Shown: positions 50,086-59,188, counted from the stretch's first letter. The stretch: 64,000 bases of DNA from a virus (IMGVR_UViG_3300009488_000019:5128-69127); one strand, 5' to 3'. Made by a program: numbers and translations. Notes: generated by a model from the letters alone, not told the origin.

Positions 50086-51627
50086 TTAGTAACCGGCATC
50101 ACTATCTGCTGGCATATTAGTGGGTGTCTCAGTATGCTTGGCCTTGAGCTTCTTACGGCCCTTAGCTGTTCTCCCCCCTGTCAATTCCATGACCGCATAC
50201 TGTAAAGCATCATGAACGTGTGAGTAAATATTCTTATCTGCTTTTTCGTGGAACTTTGGATCGGAGTTCCCTGCTGAAATGGCAACACGCTTCTTTTCAA
50301 AATGGTACTCACTGATAAATCCTTTTCGTAATACCTCACAAGTTGGATTTAAAATGAAGCCCTTTAATTTACGCAAAACGTGTACCACAGATTCCTTACG
50401 CTTTGTCCAGTTATTTGTCAGCCCGGTACGATACGGTAGGCCAGCCGCCTTAATGACTTCACACGCTGAACGCATATCATTGTCTGACCGTTTCGTGGCT
50501 GAAGGATCAACAATCAATTGGTACGCAAAGCCTTTGTAGTTATTCTTGAGATACGGTTTAAGATGGTCTTCACAGAACTTCTCAATTGAACAGTCCTCTG
50601 TTACCAACTCGTCCAGTACCAGAACTTCTCCCATCGGCGTAAGCTGCGTTATACAGGCAGCGGGTGTTAGGCCCAAGTCCATTCCGATTACCAGTGGCAC
50701 ACCCTTAAGAGGTTTGTGAATATTCTTTGCTGTATGAATATTATCATCAAACTCTGGGTACACTGGCCGCCCACTCTGCATCAGACCATAGTTGTTCAGG
50801 ATCATAATGTTGACCCAATCTGGTCTGGCTCCGTATACCTGATCTTGGTAGTAATCGTCAGGTACGTTTCTAACATTATCGGCTTCGTAGTTGATTATAT
50901 AATGGTTCCCAGCAACATCAACAATTGGCTCCTTAGAGTCAATCCTTGGATCGTTGTTGGCTACCAGAAGCAGTGCTGACGGCTGATGGTAGAAACCATG
51001 CTTCGGTGGCTTCTCTTCTTCTGCAATAGTGTAAAGCCAATGCGAAGTATCAACGGAGTTGTAATCACAAATAATAAATGGTGATACAGGTCTTAATGAT
51101 TCATCACCCGGCTCTTGTGGGAACCGGTTAATACGAGACTTGGACATCTGATGGATGCCTCTTGGAATCTCAGCACACTCATTGATATGCATGCCAGTTA
51201 ACTCCAAGGATTGTAATTTGTTGACATCGTCCTCACGGTCGAGAGCGATAAAGACCAACTCAATGTCAACCAGCGATTCCCCGTCAGGGTGCGGGAACCG
51301 TAGCTCTCCACGGATAGGTGTATCGTACACTATATTGACCATGCCCTTAAACCAGTTCTTCCATGATTTAATGACGGTCGATTTCAACGCCGGGTACGAT
51401 GCTCGTATGATTGCGTACCGACTGAACCGTGTGTTGTCATACCAAACCTTTTGCTTCATGGCGTTTAAGACGATCTGCCAAATACAACCAGATGATTTTC
51501 CAGAGCCTACTGGCCCCCGGCAGAATAAGTACTTCCGATCATCTGCATGTATCTGTGCGAACGTTGGTATGCTGCTATAGTTTAGTTCCATGATTCTTTT
51601 TAAATCTCCCCCCAAGTTGATATTCAC
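50086..51627 (-). CDS. terL: terminase large subunit
   Basis: Walker A GPVGSGKS, Walker B INE, nuclease GMDLGLTPA, DP, HVHDALQY; alternative start at 51591. Confidence 0.93.
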   Translation of the reverse strand: MNINLGGDLKRIMELNYSSIPTFAQIHADDRKYLFCRGPVGSGKSSGCIWQIVLNAMKQKVWYDNTRFSRYAIIRASYPALKSTVIKSWKNWFKGMVNIVYDTPIRGELRFPHPDGESLVDIELVFIALDREDDVNKLQSLELTGMHINECAEIPRGIHQMSKSRINRFPQEPGDESLRPVSPFIICDYNSVDTSHWLYTIAEEEKPPKHGFYHQPSALLLVANNDPRIDSKEPIVDVAGNHYIINYEADNVRNVPDDYYQDQVYGARPDWVNIMILNNYGLMQSGRPVYPEFDDNIHTAKNIHKPLKGVPLVIGMDLGLTPAACITQLTPMGEVLVLDELVTEDCSIEKFCEDHLKPYLKNNYKGFAYQLIVDPSATKRSDNDMRSACEVIKAAGLPYRTGLTNNWTKRKESVVHVLRKLKGFILNPTCEVLRKGFISEYHFEKKRVAISAGNSDPKFHEKADKNIYSHVHDALQYAVMELTGGRTAKGRKKLKAKHTETPTNMPADSDAGY

Positions 51628-51773
51628 GTCCTTCGATTTCTAAATGCTCTTCTCGCTCACGAGTAATTCCTTCGCAGTCATGTTTAAAACCCACCTTTAA
51701 GTTACGGTGACAGTCAGCTATACACCGACCACTACCATTTAACTTCGCAAAGGCGCAATGATCCCGCATGATC

Positions 51774-52133
51774 TTAAAACACTCTTGCATACTGAAAGTA
51801 GTAATTGTGCTTTGCGCCATTGTCCAAGGTGACTTCAAATATAACCGTATGCTTCTGACCGCTCTTGTAAGCTGCGGTAGACGGATACTCGAAGTAAACA
51901 GAAATGATATAATCAGAGATTACGATGGATTTTGAATCGTTAATCAATTCAGAAGTTGTCTCTGTCTGATCAGCGATTGCGTCTTCCTTATCGACTTTGC
52001 CAAGATAACTTTTGACGGTTGCTGAGGAAAGTACCGTACCTGTTGGTAGGGCTTCTTCCATGTCAAAATTATGTGGGCCGTAATCATCACTGTAATATCT
52101 GACCTCTATTGTTTTACGTTCAAAATCTGGCAT
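51774..52133 (-). CDS. small beta-rich putative structural protein
   Basis: beta-strand pattern; overlaps the rSAM stop codon. Confidence 0.5.
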   Translation of the reverse strand: MPDFERKTIEVRYYSDDYGPHNFDMEEALPTGTVLSSATVKSYLGKVDKEDAIADQTETTSELINDSKSIVISDYIISVYFEYPSTAAYKSGQKHTVIFEVTLDNGAKHNYYFQYARVF

Positions 52134-53559
52134 TTTCTATCATCCTTATCGTTTTGTTTAAAATGTCGTTTGAGAGTTCACGCTGTTTTTCATCACCCTC
52201 TGGGTTAGCCAATATCCGTTTACTCAGGTTCAAGAACTTTGTAAGTATTTCCCGATCCGCAAAACGGTTCTGAATAGGTCGGGCCTGAGCCTCTGTACTA
52301 CCCGTGTAGTTTGTATGGTCGCATACGCAAGCCCTTTCAGAGCTTCGGTCTAAATGGATGATCTCCCTATCGGTTCCTTCTGAATAACACATGTTAAAAC
52401 AAACGCAGCCTTTAGGCTTATGCTGTTGAGGACTCTGCATTAAACTCACACCAGCTTCTTTGGCTTTGGCCCGGAGCAATAACCCCGCTTCGTGCTGGAC
52501 TTTGGTGAACGCACATTCAACTTTAGGCTGTTTACGTATGTCACCCGTAAAGTCGTAATTGGTTGCATAGCACCCGCCGTTGCAGCCCGATTTACCCGCA
52601 CCCCAAATCTCGCACTTCTGACAGCTTGTGCAGGGATCGTTGATAAAGTCGAACTCGTCAAGGAAGTCCCGGTTTATCCATTCGAACGAGTCTCCCTTTG
52701 GTTGAGCGATACACGTTGGTGACGCTGCTTTTTCGTTAGCGGATAACCCGTGTTTGTTAAATCGGTGACACGGAAAACCATACCCGTCTACTGACCATGA
52801 CATATAATGAGTCCCGGCACCGCATGGATTATACTTCGGCCCACCGTTACCAATGGCTTCATCATTAAGGTGTTTGATTGTAGCAGGTAACCCTTTCTTA
52901 ACCCGCTCGACTTGGTACTCTACAGTCAACGCAAGTTGCTCTGCCGCAATTTTAAGATTCTCAGGTGTCCAATTAGACTCATAGACCGGAGAATAAATTG
53001 CTTCCTGTAATCCCAAATCTTCAAACATAAATTTTATAGATTTAAAAAAGTCTTTAACGTGATCTGCATGCAGCGACATACGCACCTTTGTAGACGGTAC
53101 AACCGCTAAGGCCAGACGCACATTTTCAACTACCTTATCCCATGAGCCAGTACCGTTTTTAAAGCAACGGTGAGCGTCATGTTGATCTCTTAGGCCATCC
53201 ATAGATATCATAAACAGTGACTTATGCTCCAGACACCACTTCACTCTGTCTGGTGTGTAAAGAACACCGTTTGTGGTACCACCAAAAGAAACCTCTCGAC
53301 CTAACTCTTTGGCCTTGGCCTCAGCATAGTACGTCAACTCTTGTAGGGTATCCCATCGGATTAATGGCTCCCCACCCCACCATGTGACACTCAGAGGCCT
53401 GTCAGTGGACGTTTGAGGCATCCACCAATCAAGTATCCGCTTTCCCATGTCGATTGTGAGATGCTTCGATTTATGCTGCGAATGTGTGAAACAATAATCA
53501 CACGCTAAGTTACAACCCTCTGTTAAATCAAGGGTGCAGGATGATAATCCCTCCATCAT
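52120..53559 (-). CDS. radical SAM/SPASM-domain enzyme (peptide maturase-like)
   Basis: CNLACDYC, WGGEPL, TTNG, ISMDG..HD..R, CGAG..GYGFPCHRF, CQKC....CNGGC...C. Confidence 0.93.
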   Translation of the reverse strand: MMEGLSSCTLDLTEGCNLACDYCFTHSQHKSKHLTIDMGKRILDWWMPQTSTDRPLSVTWWGGEPLIRWDTLQELTYYAEAKAKELGREVSFGGTTNGVLYTPDRVKWCLEHKSLFMISMDGLRDQHDAHRCFKNGTGSWDKVVENVRLALAVVPSTKVRMSLHADHVKDFFKSIKFMFEDLGLQEAIYSPVYESNWTPENLKIAAEQLALTVEYQVERVKKGLPATIKHLNDEAIGNGGPKYNPCGAGTHYMSWSVDGYGFPCHRFNKHGLSANEKAASPTCIAQPKGDSFEWINRDFLDEFDFINDPCTSCQKCEIWGAGKSGCNGGCYATNYDFTGDIRKQPKVECAFTKVQHEAGLLLRAKAKEAGVSLMQSPQQHKPKGCVCFNMCYSEGTDREIIHLDRSSERACVCDHTNYTGSTEAQARPIQNRFADREILTKFLNLSKRILANPEGDEKQRELSNDILNKTIRMIENARF

Positions 53560-53567
53560 ATATCTCC

Positions 53568-54455
53568 TTACTTAATTTTTCGTATTGCCAGCCAACGGCC
53601 AGTTGGTAGCTGGTAGCTGAGTTTTGAGTATGATAAACCCTTTAACCATTTCGGTGTATATTTAAAAGTGGGTTCAGTTTTGTCGTCTAAAAAATCCAAG
53701 GCTGCCTTTTTGACTTTAGCCTTTTCCTCTTTGGTAAAATCATCGGCACCATCAATGAGAAGCCGGGAGCTACTTACAGGCACACCATAGTCCTCATCTA
53801 TGTACGGGTCAATTAAAAGATAGTCTTCATACTTGGAATAAGTTTTATAAATGTATTCCTTGGCCATGTTCATATACAAATCTCTTTTTCCAGAAGCCTT
53901 AATTTTATAATCAACTGCACCGGAAAGAGCCGCAATCAAATGCGATCGCAAAAGACCAACAATCATTTTATTATGAAAAATATCTAATTCATCATCAAGC
54001 ATAATCTTATCTGCTTTCTCCACAATTTTATCAAACGGTTTGTAAAGCGCATCAAAGTCTAAATTATGTAGAGGGAGCATGACTGCTGCGCCCATTCGAT
54101 CTTTATCATTATGCCACGGTGTGAACTCTTCCAGACTCATTTCTAAAACGTAGTCAATTCCGTGGTTGGTACACCACTCTAAAAGGGCATCTTGCTCATA
54201 GGGCTTGAGGTAGTTTGGGTGAAAGCTATCTCCACCATCTAACCAACCTGACAGGGTAAAGAGTTCGAGAATTGGCATAAATATCTTTACGACTATTTTT
54301 GCGTCTGGCCGCAAGCGTTTAATCTCTGATATCATCCACGCATGCCCAGCGTGTAGGTATGATACATTCTTGCCCTGCAATCCAAAGTGAACGATCGGAT
54401 TGTTAGCATGATCAGCGATTAGATTATATTCCTGTTCCCGATTAATGACTTCCAT
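53568..54455 (-). CDS. PanC-like HIGH-superfamily adenylating ligase
   Basis: LHAGH, IVVKIF.P, D.L....GIDYV...EEF.P, SGKRD, GVPVSS parallel the pantothenate synthetase motifs LHxGH, VVSIFVNP, GVD, FGEKD, GLAxSSRN. Confidence 0.6.
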   Translation of the reverse strand: MEVINREQEYNLIADHANNPIVHFGLQGKNVSYLHAGHAWMISEIKRLRPDAKIVVKIFMPILELFTLSGWLDGGDSFHPNYLKPYEQDALLEWCTNHGIDYVLEMSLEEFTPWHNDKDRMGAAVMLPLHNLDFDALYKPFDKIVEKADKIMLDDELDIFHNKMIVGLLRSHLIAALSGAVDYKIKASGKRDLYMNMAKEYIYKTYSKYEDYLLIDPYIDEDYGVPVSSSRLLIDGADDFTKEEKAKVKKAALDFLDDKTEPTFKYTPKWLKGLSYSKLSYQLPTGRWLAIRKIK

Positions 54456-54456
54456 T

Positions 54457-55488
54457 TTACCATCTTCCAAAAGTGAAGCCCAAAGCGATATAGGTTATGA
54501 CAAAGGCCATTCCGATTGCGGTACCAAGTTTGTCGCCTTTGAACCATTCCTTCGCACAGGCCCAATAGTTTTGAGTGTTTAGTTGAATCCCAATGAAAAA
54601 GGACGGTAGCCCAATTATGGGGTGATTAATCAACAGCCAGATATTAGCAAGCTGCCATACACCAGCAATCAACATTGCTCTCCAGTATCCGATCTTGGTA
54701 CCTAACCAAGCACCGGGCCAACGAAGTAGCGCTGTGCTTAGGGCTGCAATACCAAAAGCGTAAATGGCTTCCATCTTGGTCATACCAAAAGTCATGAATG
54801 CCGGGATCACCTTTGTGATACAGAGATAATACACGCATCCGATGATCGTATGCCAAGCTGTCCAGTACCACCACTTCGGAGTCTTGAGCAATTCCGCAAC
54901 CTTCGTTTTACTCCATGATAGAAGTTTGAACGAATGATCTTTAACTGCGAACGAAGCCCATGTACCAAAGAAGGCAAAGAGTGCGGCTGCTGCTGCTGCG
55001 AACATACTAAAGCCAGCGGCTTTGACTACAGCGGCCAGTAGCAAATAGAAAAGGGCACTTCCGAAAGTCTTGGCTGATGCTTGTGGTGCAACTCGTAATG
55101 AGTCAATCTCACTATCCTTATTCTTTAGCGGCACTGCAAACGGCAGTATCTTAACTGCTGCGGCTGCGAGTCCCAGACCGATTCCAAACAGCCACATGTT
55201 AAAGGCTGCTCCAAGAATACCTAAGACACCCGCAAAGGTGGCAGCGGCTATTAGGTAATGTGCTTTCACACGATCGCTCATAAAGCCAAGTGCCAGAACT
55301 GATAAGGAAACGGTTGTAAAGAAAATCCCCATTCCTTGTTTCAAGTTCATTTCCACCACACCTGATTTTGCTATGGCAGAAAATCCTCGCTGAATCATAT
55401 AGACAATTAGCACCATGCCTGATAGCGGTAGCCAATCATAACTGATGCTTTTCAATTTGTTAAATTTATCTTTAATCCAATTCCACAC
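54457..55488 (-). CDS. MFS-like multi-pass membrane transporter
   Basis: about 10-11 hydrophobic helices; GFMSDR and GAWLGTKIG MFS loop motifs; EWF..DKLGTA.G. Confidence 0.75.
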   Translation of the reverse strand: MWNWIKDKFNKLKSISYDWLPLSGMVLIVYMIQRGFSAIAKSGVVEMNLKQGMGIFFTTVSLSVLALGFMSDRVKAHYLIAAATFAGVLGILGAAFNMWLFGIGLGLAAAAVKILPFAVPLKNKDSEIDSLRVAPQASAKTFGSALFYLLLAAVVKAAGFSMFAAAAAALFAFFGTWASFAVKDHSFKLLSWSKTKVAELLKTPKWWYWTAWHTIIGCVYYLCITKVIPAFMTFGMTKMEAIYAFGIAALSTALLRWPGAWLGTKIGYWRAMLIAGVWQLANIWLLINHPIIGLPSFFIGIQLNTQNYWACAKEWFKGDKLGTAIGMAFVITYIALGFTFGRW

Positions 55489-55519
55489 CTTAGTTTCCCT
55501 CCTAACACTAATTTAAAAT

Positions 55520-56374
55520 TTATGTCCAAGGATACTCATAAGCTGCAACGTGACATTGAACACATACATCGGTAAAGCACGTCACATCACAAGAACACGC
55601 ACCCTCATTGTTACAAACTGAATCACACGTACAGTCAACATTTCCATCACAAGATGAATCACAGCTACAAGCTGAGTATCCAAAACAGGCGCTATTGCAG
55701 GAGCAATTTACGTTTCCGTAACATGTATTATTGCATGAGCAAGCCGAATGACCCTGACATGAAAAGTCACAATTACATGAATCAGCCTTACACGATTGAC
55801 TGTTACAAGCGCCGTTGCATGAGCATGCCCCATATCCATGACAGGTATTATTGCATGAGCAATTTACGTTTCCGTAGCAAGCGCTATTGCACGAGCATGC
55901 TGAATAACCAAAGCACGAAGCATTACAAGTACAGTCAACATTCCCATCACAGGAGGCATCACAATTACAGACATATCCATCACATGTAGCATCACAGCCG
56001 CAGGTATCAGTATCACAGTTATGGCATTGATAGCACTTGCCATTCTGTATATAGTTCATGTTGTCTCTGACTTCTTCAACCAGCGGATCACCCCCATCTG
56101 TCATTGGGATGCTTCCAAATATATACCCCGCTGCCGCTGTCCATGTGAATGTACCCTCACCAATTAAGGTCTTGAGAGCATCTAAAGCATCTTGCATTTC
56201 TGTGAAGAGAAGCGCATCTATCCGTGTATTCGTTGTTGGCTCTTCATCCGTGAAGGTTGTTAACGAAATACCGTAAGCGGCTTCCCATGCATTAATGGCA
56301 TCTTGCAGTTCGTCTGCATGAACTGGCTTGAATGTCACCGCATAAGAAGGGTCAGTCCATGTTTGTTGAGCCAT
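55520..56374 (-). CDS. Cys-rich repeat protein (42 Cys), putative rSAM substrate with a virion-like N-terminus
   Basis: 12 CxC[DN]xxC units bounded by CYQCH and CVQCH; N-terminal duplicated (W/F)TD....(H/F).E(L/M)QDA motif. Confidence 0.85.
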   Translation of the reverse strand: MAQQTWTDPSYAVTFKPVHADELQDAINAWEAAYGISLTTFTDEEPTTNTRIDALLFTEMQDALDALKTLIGEGTFTWTAAAGYIFGSIPMTDGGDPLVEEVRDNMNYIQNGKCYQCHNCDTDTCGCDATCDGYVCNCDASCDGNVDCTCNASCFGYSACSCNSACYGNVNCSCNNTCHGYGACSCNGACNSQSCKADSCNCDFSCQGHSACSCNNTCYGNVNCSCNSACFGYSACSCDSSCDGNVDCTCDSVCNNEGACSCDVTCFTDVCVQCHVAAYEYPWT

Positions 56375-56375
56375 T

Positions 56376-57161
56376 TTATTTTACCTTTACCCAATGCCTT
56401 CCGTTAACCTCAACCTCATTTCCCGGTGGCCCCCAGATGATGTTTGGTTCTTTGCCAATGTAAACGGCCACAATTCTATCTGGATGAATAATCTTTTCAT
56501 ACCACCGCATCTTTGTAAGCTCACCATGCTTATTGCTGGTCAGCACCGTACCGGGGTGATAACGCTTATTGTCTATGTGAGCAAGCACCCATCCCGCAAC
56601 TGCGAGAGGCACCTGTCTTTGGCTTTTTCGTTGGCCGACTGCCATGCCGTACACGTCAGAGGAGATACCTAAGATTCCTTCCTGACAGCGTTTATCGGCT
56701 TTCATTGCGCCTATCCAAGACGCTTTATAGCAATAGCCGGGCTGTGCATCAGGGCCAGCCAATTTAATAAAATCGGCATAGTCAGAGAGATACGCATTAT
56801 AAACACGGGTTGCATAAAAATACCCATTGTAACCCAGCACGGTTGTACCGGCAGGGGAACTCTGATTGTATTCAAGCGTACCGGCTGATCCAATTTTAAA
56901 TGTCTCTGATCCCGTTTCTGCTAATCGTAACTTGTCAATCAGTATCCAACGTTTGGAGCCGGGGTTGTTGTCCGGGGCGATAATGCCGGGGCTTGATTCA
57001 CCCGCACCAGAAGCCGCATCCAGATTATGCAGGAATAGCTCATCACCGTCAAACGTAAAACTTTTGTAATTGTCAAGTAGAATAGCTCCGTCTATCCCAT
57101 CCAGATCATCCGTGGTTCCACCAAGAAGACCTACAGCGGGGTAAAAGTTTTTGTCTGGCAT
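56376..57161 (-). CDS. tail-associated protein with a C-terminal autocleaving chaperone (peptidase G2-like) domain
   Basis: SDYADF...GISSD.YG..VG...VPLAVAGWV...G..LTS..G. Confidence 0.55.
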   Translation of the reverse strand: MPDKNFYPAVGLLGGTTDDLDGIDGAILLDNYKSFTFDGDELFLHNLDAASGAGESSPGIIAPDNNPGSKRWILIDKLRLAETGSETFKIGSAGTLEYNQSSPAGTTVLGYNGYFYATRVYNAYLSDYADFIKLAGPDAQPGYCYKASWIGAMKADKRCQEGILGISSDVYGMAVGQRKSQRQVPLAVAGWVLAHIDNKRYHPGTVLTSNKHGELTKMRWYEKIIHPDRIVAVYIGKEPNIIWGPPGNEVEVNGRHWVKVK

Positions 57162-57172
57162 AACTTACACCT

Positions 57173-57655
57173 TTAAGCGAAACGTACAGTTATTCCGCAC
57201 AGATCATTGTTGTGGTTGACCGCAGCAGCGCCTACTGTCCGTCTGACAAAAATACGAACCGCAGCAGAGGCAGCAATGTCACCACAATCTAAAGCGGCAC
57301 CCTCAGTGGTCGGATGGGTAAAGGTCACAACTGGTGCGTCCGGGGCTGTGTCTTCATCTGCCAGTTCCTGCGTAGCTGTAGCGTCAATACCCACATCAAT
57401 TGCGGTATCGCCTGAAGCAGTTTCATCATCTATCCACAGGGTGACATCATCAGCTTGATCGGCACCGGAGTTATAGATATCAAACGCCCGGTACTCAATG
57501 TCGCCGGGTGTAGCCTCATCTTCGTCCACATGATCAAATAGATTGTTCATGACTGTTCCTGAGATTTCCACGGAACTCATGGTACCACCTAAAGATGCAT
57601 CTGGGTCAGCGTTTGCGCCTCCACCGGTTAGTCTAAATTCTATTACAGCAGCCAT
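57173..57655 (-). CDS. putative structural protein
   Basis: acidic; SLGG..S, NLFD.V...E...G..EYR motif seen in phage virion genes. Confidence 0.6.
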   Translation of the reverse strand: MAAVIEFRLTGGGANADPDASLGGTMSSVEISGTVMNNLFDHVDEDEATPGDIEYRAFDIYNSGADQADDVTLWIDDETASGDTAIDVGIDATATQELADEDTAPDAPVVTFTHPTTEGAALDCGDIAASAAVRIFVRRTVGAAAVNHNNDLCGITVRFA

Positions 57656-58446
57656 TAAATTACCTCACTTGTATGGTTATGTTTTGTTGTTACAAACTCA
57701 GTGTCTACCGGATGGGCTTTGATATCTGTCTCTACCGGAGTCGCACTGATTGAAAAGTCAACTGGTTTTACTGTATGTGTAGTTATTGGCAATGTTGAAT
57801 TAAATGATTTGAATTGAAAAATCAAAGGATGCGCATCAATTGTAAAAAGTAATGGATTCACTTTGACTAAAGTAATTGGCTCATACTGTACCCCAATCAC
57901 TGTCCACGAACTATCAAAATCTGCAAGATTGTATAACTTCCAACTGGAGTCGAACGCAGCAAGGTTAAAAATCTTCCAGCTAAAATCTTGCCCTGTCGAA
58001 TTAAAGATTTTCCATGACGAATTAAACGAATCTAAATTATAAATTTTCCAACTCGAATTGAATGAGTCAAGATTAAATATCTTCCAACTGGAATTAAACG
58101 AGTCAAGATTAAATATCTTCCAGCTTGAATTGAAAGCATTTAAGTTATAGATTTTCCAAGCCGCATCGAACGAATCAACATTAAAGATTTTCCATGCAGA
58201 GTTAAAAGAATCTAAATTATAAATCTTCCAAGATGAATCGAATGTGTTGGTATTAAAAATCTTCCAAGCTGAATCAAATCCAGCCGCAGCACGTATCTGC
58301 CATGAGGAGTCAAATGAATCTACGTTAAATATTTTCCAACTTGAGTCAAATGCACTCCATTTATAAAGGCCATACCAATGAACCGTGGCCCCAATCAGAG
58401 GCTCAGTCCACTTCACAGTAGCCCCTGATTTCCAATATACTGACAT
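57655..58446 (-). CDS. 12-aa Trp/Phe tandem-repeat protein
   Basis: 13 copies of F[DN]SSWKI[FY]NLDS. Confidence 0.8.
   Translation of the reverse strand: MSVYWKSGATVKWTEPLIGATVHWYGLYKWSAFDSSWKIFNVDSFDSSWQIRAAAGFDSAWKIFNTNTFDSSWKIYNLDSFNSAWKIFNVDSFDAAWKIYNLNAFNSSWKIFNLDSFNSSWKIFNLDSFNSSWKIYNLDSFNSSWKIFNSTGQDFSWKIFNLAAFDSSWKLYNLADFDSSWTVIGVQYEPITLVKVNPLLFTIDAHPLIFQFKSFNSTLPITTHTVKPVDFSISATPVETDIKAHPVDTEFVTTKHNHTSEVI
57904..58350 (-). repeat. 36-bp coding tandem repeat, 13 units
   Basis: synonymously diverged units encoding F[DN]SSWKIFNLDS. Confidence 0.85.
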
Positions 58447-58457
58447 GATTTACCCCC

Positions 58458-58736
58458 TTACAGGATTGAGCTTAGTGAACCTACAAAAATTCCACCAGCG
58501 AAAAGTGCTACACCAATCAGAATTGGTTTGATGTTGGCTTTGATTTTGTTCACAAAACCTTCGATCTCTTCTTTGGCATCATCAAGTTTCTCACCAAGAG
58601 AGTCTTTAATTGAGTCAAGCTCAATTTCCAAATCCACTTTGCGTTCCCGCAGTTTGGCTTCAATGTCTTCCAGAGAGTCCTCAACGGAGTCCTTGGCTTC
58701 TGCCATTTTGTCTTTGATTTCTTCAATTGTACTCAT
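58458..58736 (-). CDS. coiled-coil protein with a C-terminal membrane anchor
   Basis: charged amphipathic helix plus ILIGVALFAGGIFVG; AAGGAG RBS. Confidence 0.65.
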   Translation of the reverse strand: MSTIEEIKDKMAEAKDSVEDSLEDIEAKLRERKVDLEIELDSIKDSLGEKLDDAKEEIEGFVNKIKANIKPILIGVALFAGGIFVGSLSSIL

Positions 58737-58766
58737 TGCGTTTTCTCCTTAAGGTACTGGTTAGTA

Positions 58767-58844
58767 TGGAGGGCCGGGAAGGATTTGAACCTTCGACCCG
58801 TAGGTTAACAGCCTACTGCTCTGACCTGACTGAGCTACCGACCC
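58767..58844 (-). tRNA. tRNA-Asn(GTT)
   Basis: cloverleaf, loop CTGTTAA, CCA. Confidence 0.92.
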
Positions 58845-58847
58845 TTC

Positions 58848-58922
58848 TGGTAGCAGCGGAAAGACTTGAACTTTCGGCCTGACGATTATCGGTCGTCTGC
58901 TCTACCACTGAGCTACGCTGCT
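58848..58922 (-). tRNA. tRNA-Ile(GAT)
   Basis: cloverleaf, loop CCGATAA (C33), CCA. Confidence 0.88.
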
Positions 58923-58925
58923 ATG

Positions 58926-59014
58926 TGGCGGCAGGTGCATGACTCGAACATGCAAGGGTTTAACCCCTGAACACTTTAGCAAAGTGCGTGACTCTCCCAT
59001 CTGTCTAACCTGCC
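58926..59014 (-). tRNA. tRNA-Ser(GCT)
   Basis: loop TTGCTAA, long variable arm, G73, CCA. Confidence 0.88.
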
Positions 59015-59019
59015 TAAAA

Positions 59020-59104
59020 TGGTGGGGGTAGAAGGAGTCGAACCTTCACGGATTGCTCCGGGGGATTCTAAATCCCCTGCGTCTACCAGTTTCACCATAC
59101 CCCC
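59020..59104 (-). tRNA. tRNA-Leu(TAG)
   Basis: loop TTTAGAA, variable arm, A73, CCA. Confidence 0.92.
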
Positions 59105-59109
59105 ATAAT

Positions 59110-59188
59110 TGGGGTGACAGACCGGATTCGCACCGGCATCCCTCCGGTTCACAGCCGAAGGTATTAACTACTTATTATGACTGCCACC
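59110..59188 (-). tRNA. tRNA-His(GTG)
   Basis: loop CTGTGAA, G-1:C73, CCA. Confidence 0.85.

Noticed and set aside
55520-56374. c-type cytochrome
   Set aside because: Two CxxCH motifs, but no export signal and they are embedded in a general Cys-repeat array
57904-58350. CRISPR array or DGR repeat
   Set aside because: The 36-bp units are contiguous, in frame and vary at synonymous sites; no spacers, cas operon or reverse transcriptase in the window
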